64,000 nt of DNA from Gemmatimonadales bacterium. GTDB taxonomy: Bacteria > Gemmatimonadota > Gemmatimonadetes > Gemmatimonadales > GWC2-71-9. The notes under the pieces were generated by a model. The model saw only the letters and a program-made list of their open reading frames with translations, ran no database searches and was not told the DNA's origin. Shown here one piece after another: positions 63,924-64,000 of the stretch; the stretch's first letter is position 1, and each line of letters opens with the position of its first letter. The stretch covers positions 13,823-77,822 of the forward strand of contig JBFXBG010000003.1 of assembly GCA_050183505.1 (NCBI GenBank). Direction: 5' to 3'. The translations under genes and the position numbers were made by a program.

Positions 63924-64000
63924 TGGCGGTTTCTCCCCGAACCTGCTCGGCCACCACCCGCACGGTGTTGTTCACCACCTGCAGGAAGCCGCCGCTCACC
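63913..64000 (-). CDS. 3' end of an ATP synthase epsilon-like gene (partial, runs off the window)
   Basis: Manual translation ...VSGGFLQVVNNTVRVVAEQVRGETANAH* resembles the SGGF.EV..N.V.(I/V)LA. strand of F1 epsilon. Only 28 codons are visible. Confidence 0.35.
   Translation of the reverse strand, partial: VSGGFLQVVNNTVRVVAEQVRGETANAH

Overview
The window is a visibly GC-rich, gene-dense bacterial chromosomal segment with about 64 protein-coding genes. I recognised no rRNA gene, tRNA gene, CRISPR array, transposase or integrase. The content is mostly housekeeping and envelope functions. These include malate synthase, Cu/Zn superoxide dismutase, cytochrome bd oxidase (cydAB), a POT peptide transporter and a hybrid sensor kinase followed by a glycosyltransferase operon. 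There is also a complete lipA-pdhA-pdhB-E2-lpdA-lipB lipoate/2-oxoacid dehydrogenase cluster, plus hisIE, dnaE, accA, metG, waaA, several peptidases and several outer-membrane barrels. The protein repertoire (PorV-like barrel, DUF5916, DUF3108, DUF4097, LemA/TPM) suggests a diderm such as Gemmatimonadota, but that is only an inference. Long ORFs antisense to real genes are high-GC shadow ORFs. Two things stand out. (1) Nearly every intergenic gap is occupied by head-to-tail arrays of 7-nt units (sometimes 8- or 9-nt). Most are arranged as a purine-rich array followed by its reverse-complement array, giving long hairpins that tolerate register shifts. There are at least 20 such loci in a few related unit families. 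Many genes take their stop codon, and some their start codon, from these arrays. (2) An AhpD/CMD-family peroxidase-related gene carries an in-frame TGA exactly where the second Cys of the CxxC redox motif belongs. The reading frame downstream is intact and a stem-loop starts 11 nt after the TGA, so this is either a selenocysteine candidate or a very recent nonsense mutation. Smaller observations are a split DUF1028 gene, an aberrant HisI motif region, a translationally coupled metalloprotease/PorV-like pair, a TPM-NTase-LemA operon and an unannotated FmdB zinc-ribbon ORF. All calls come from reading the sequence and ORF translations by eye. No database search or folding program was run.
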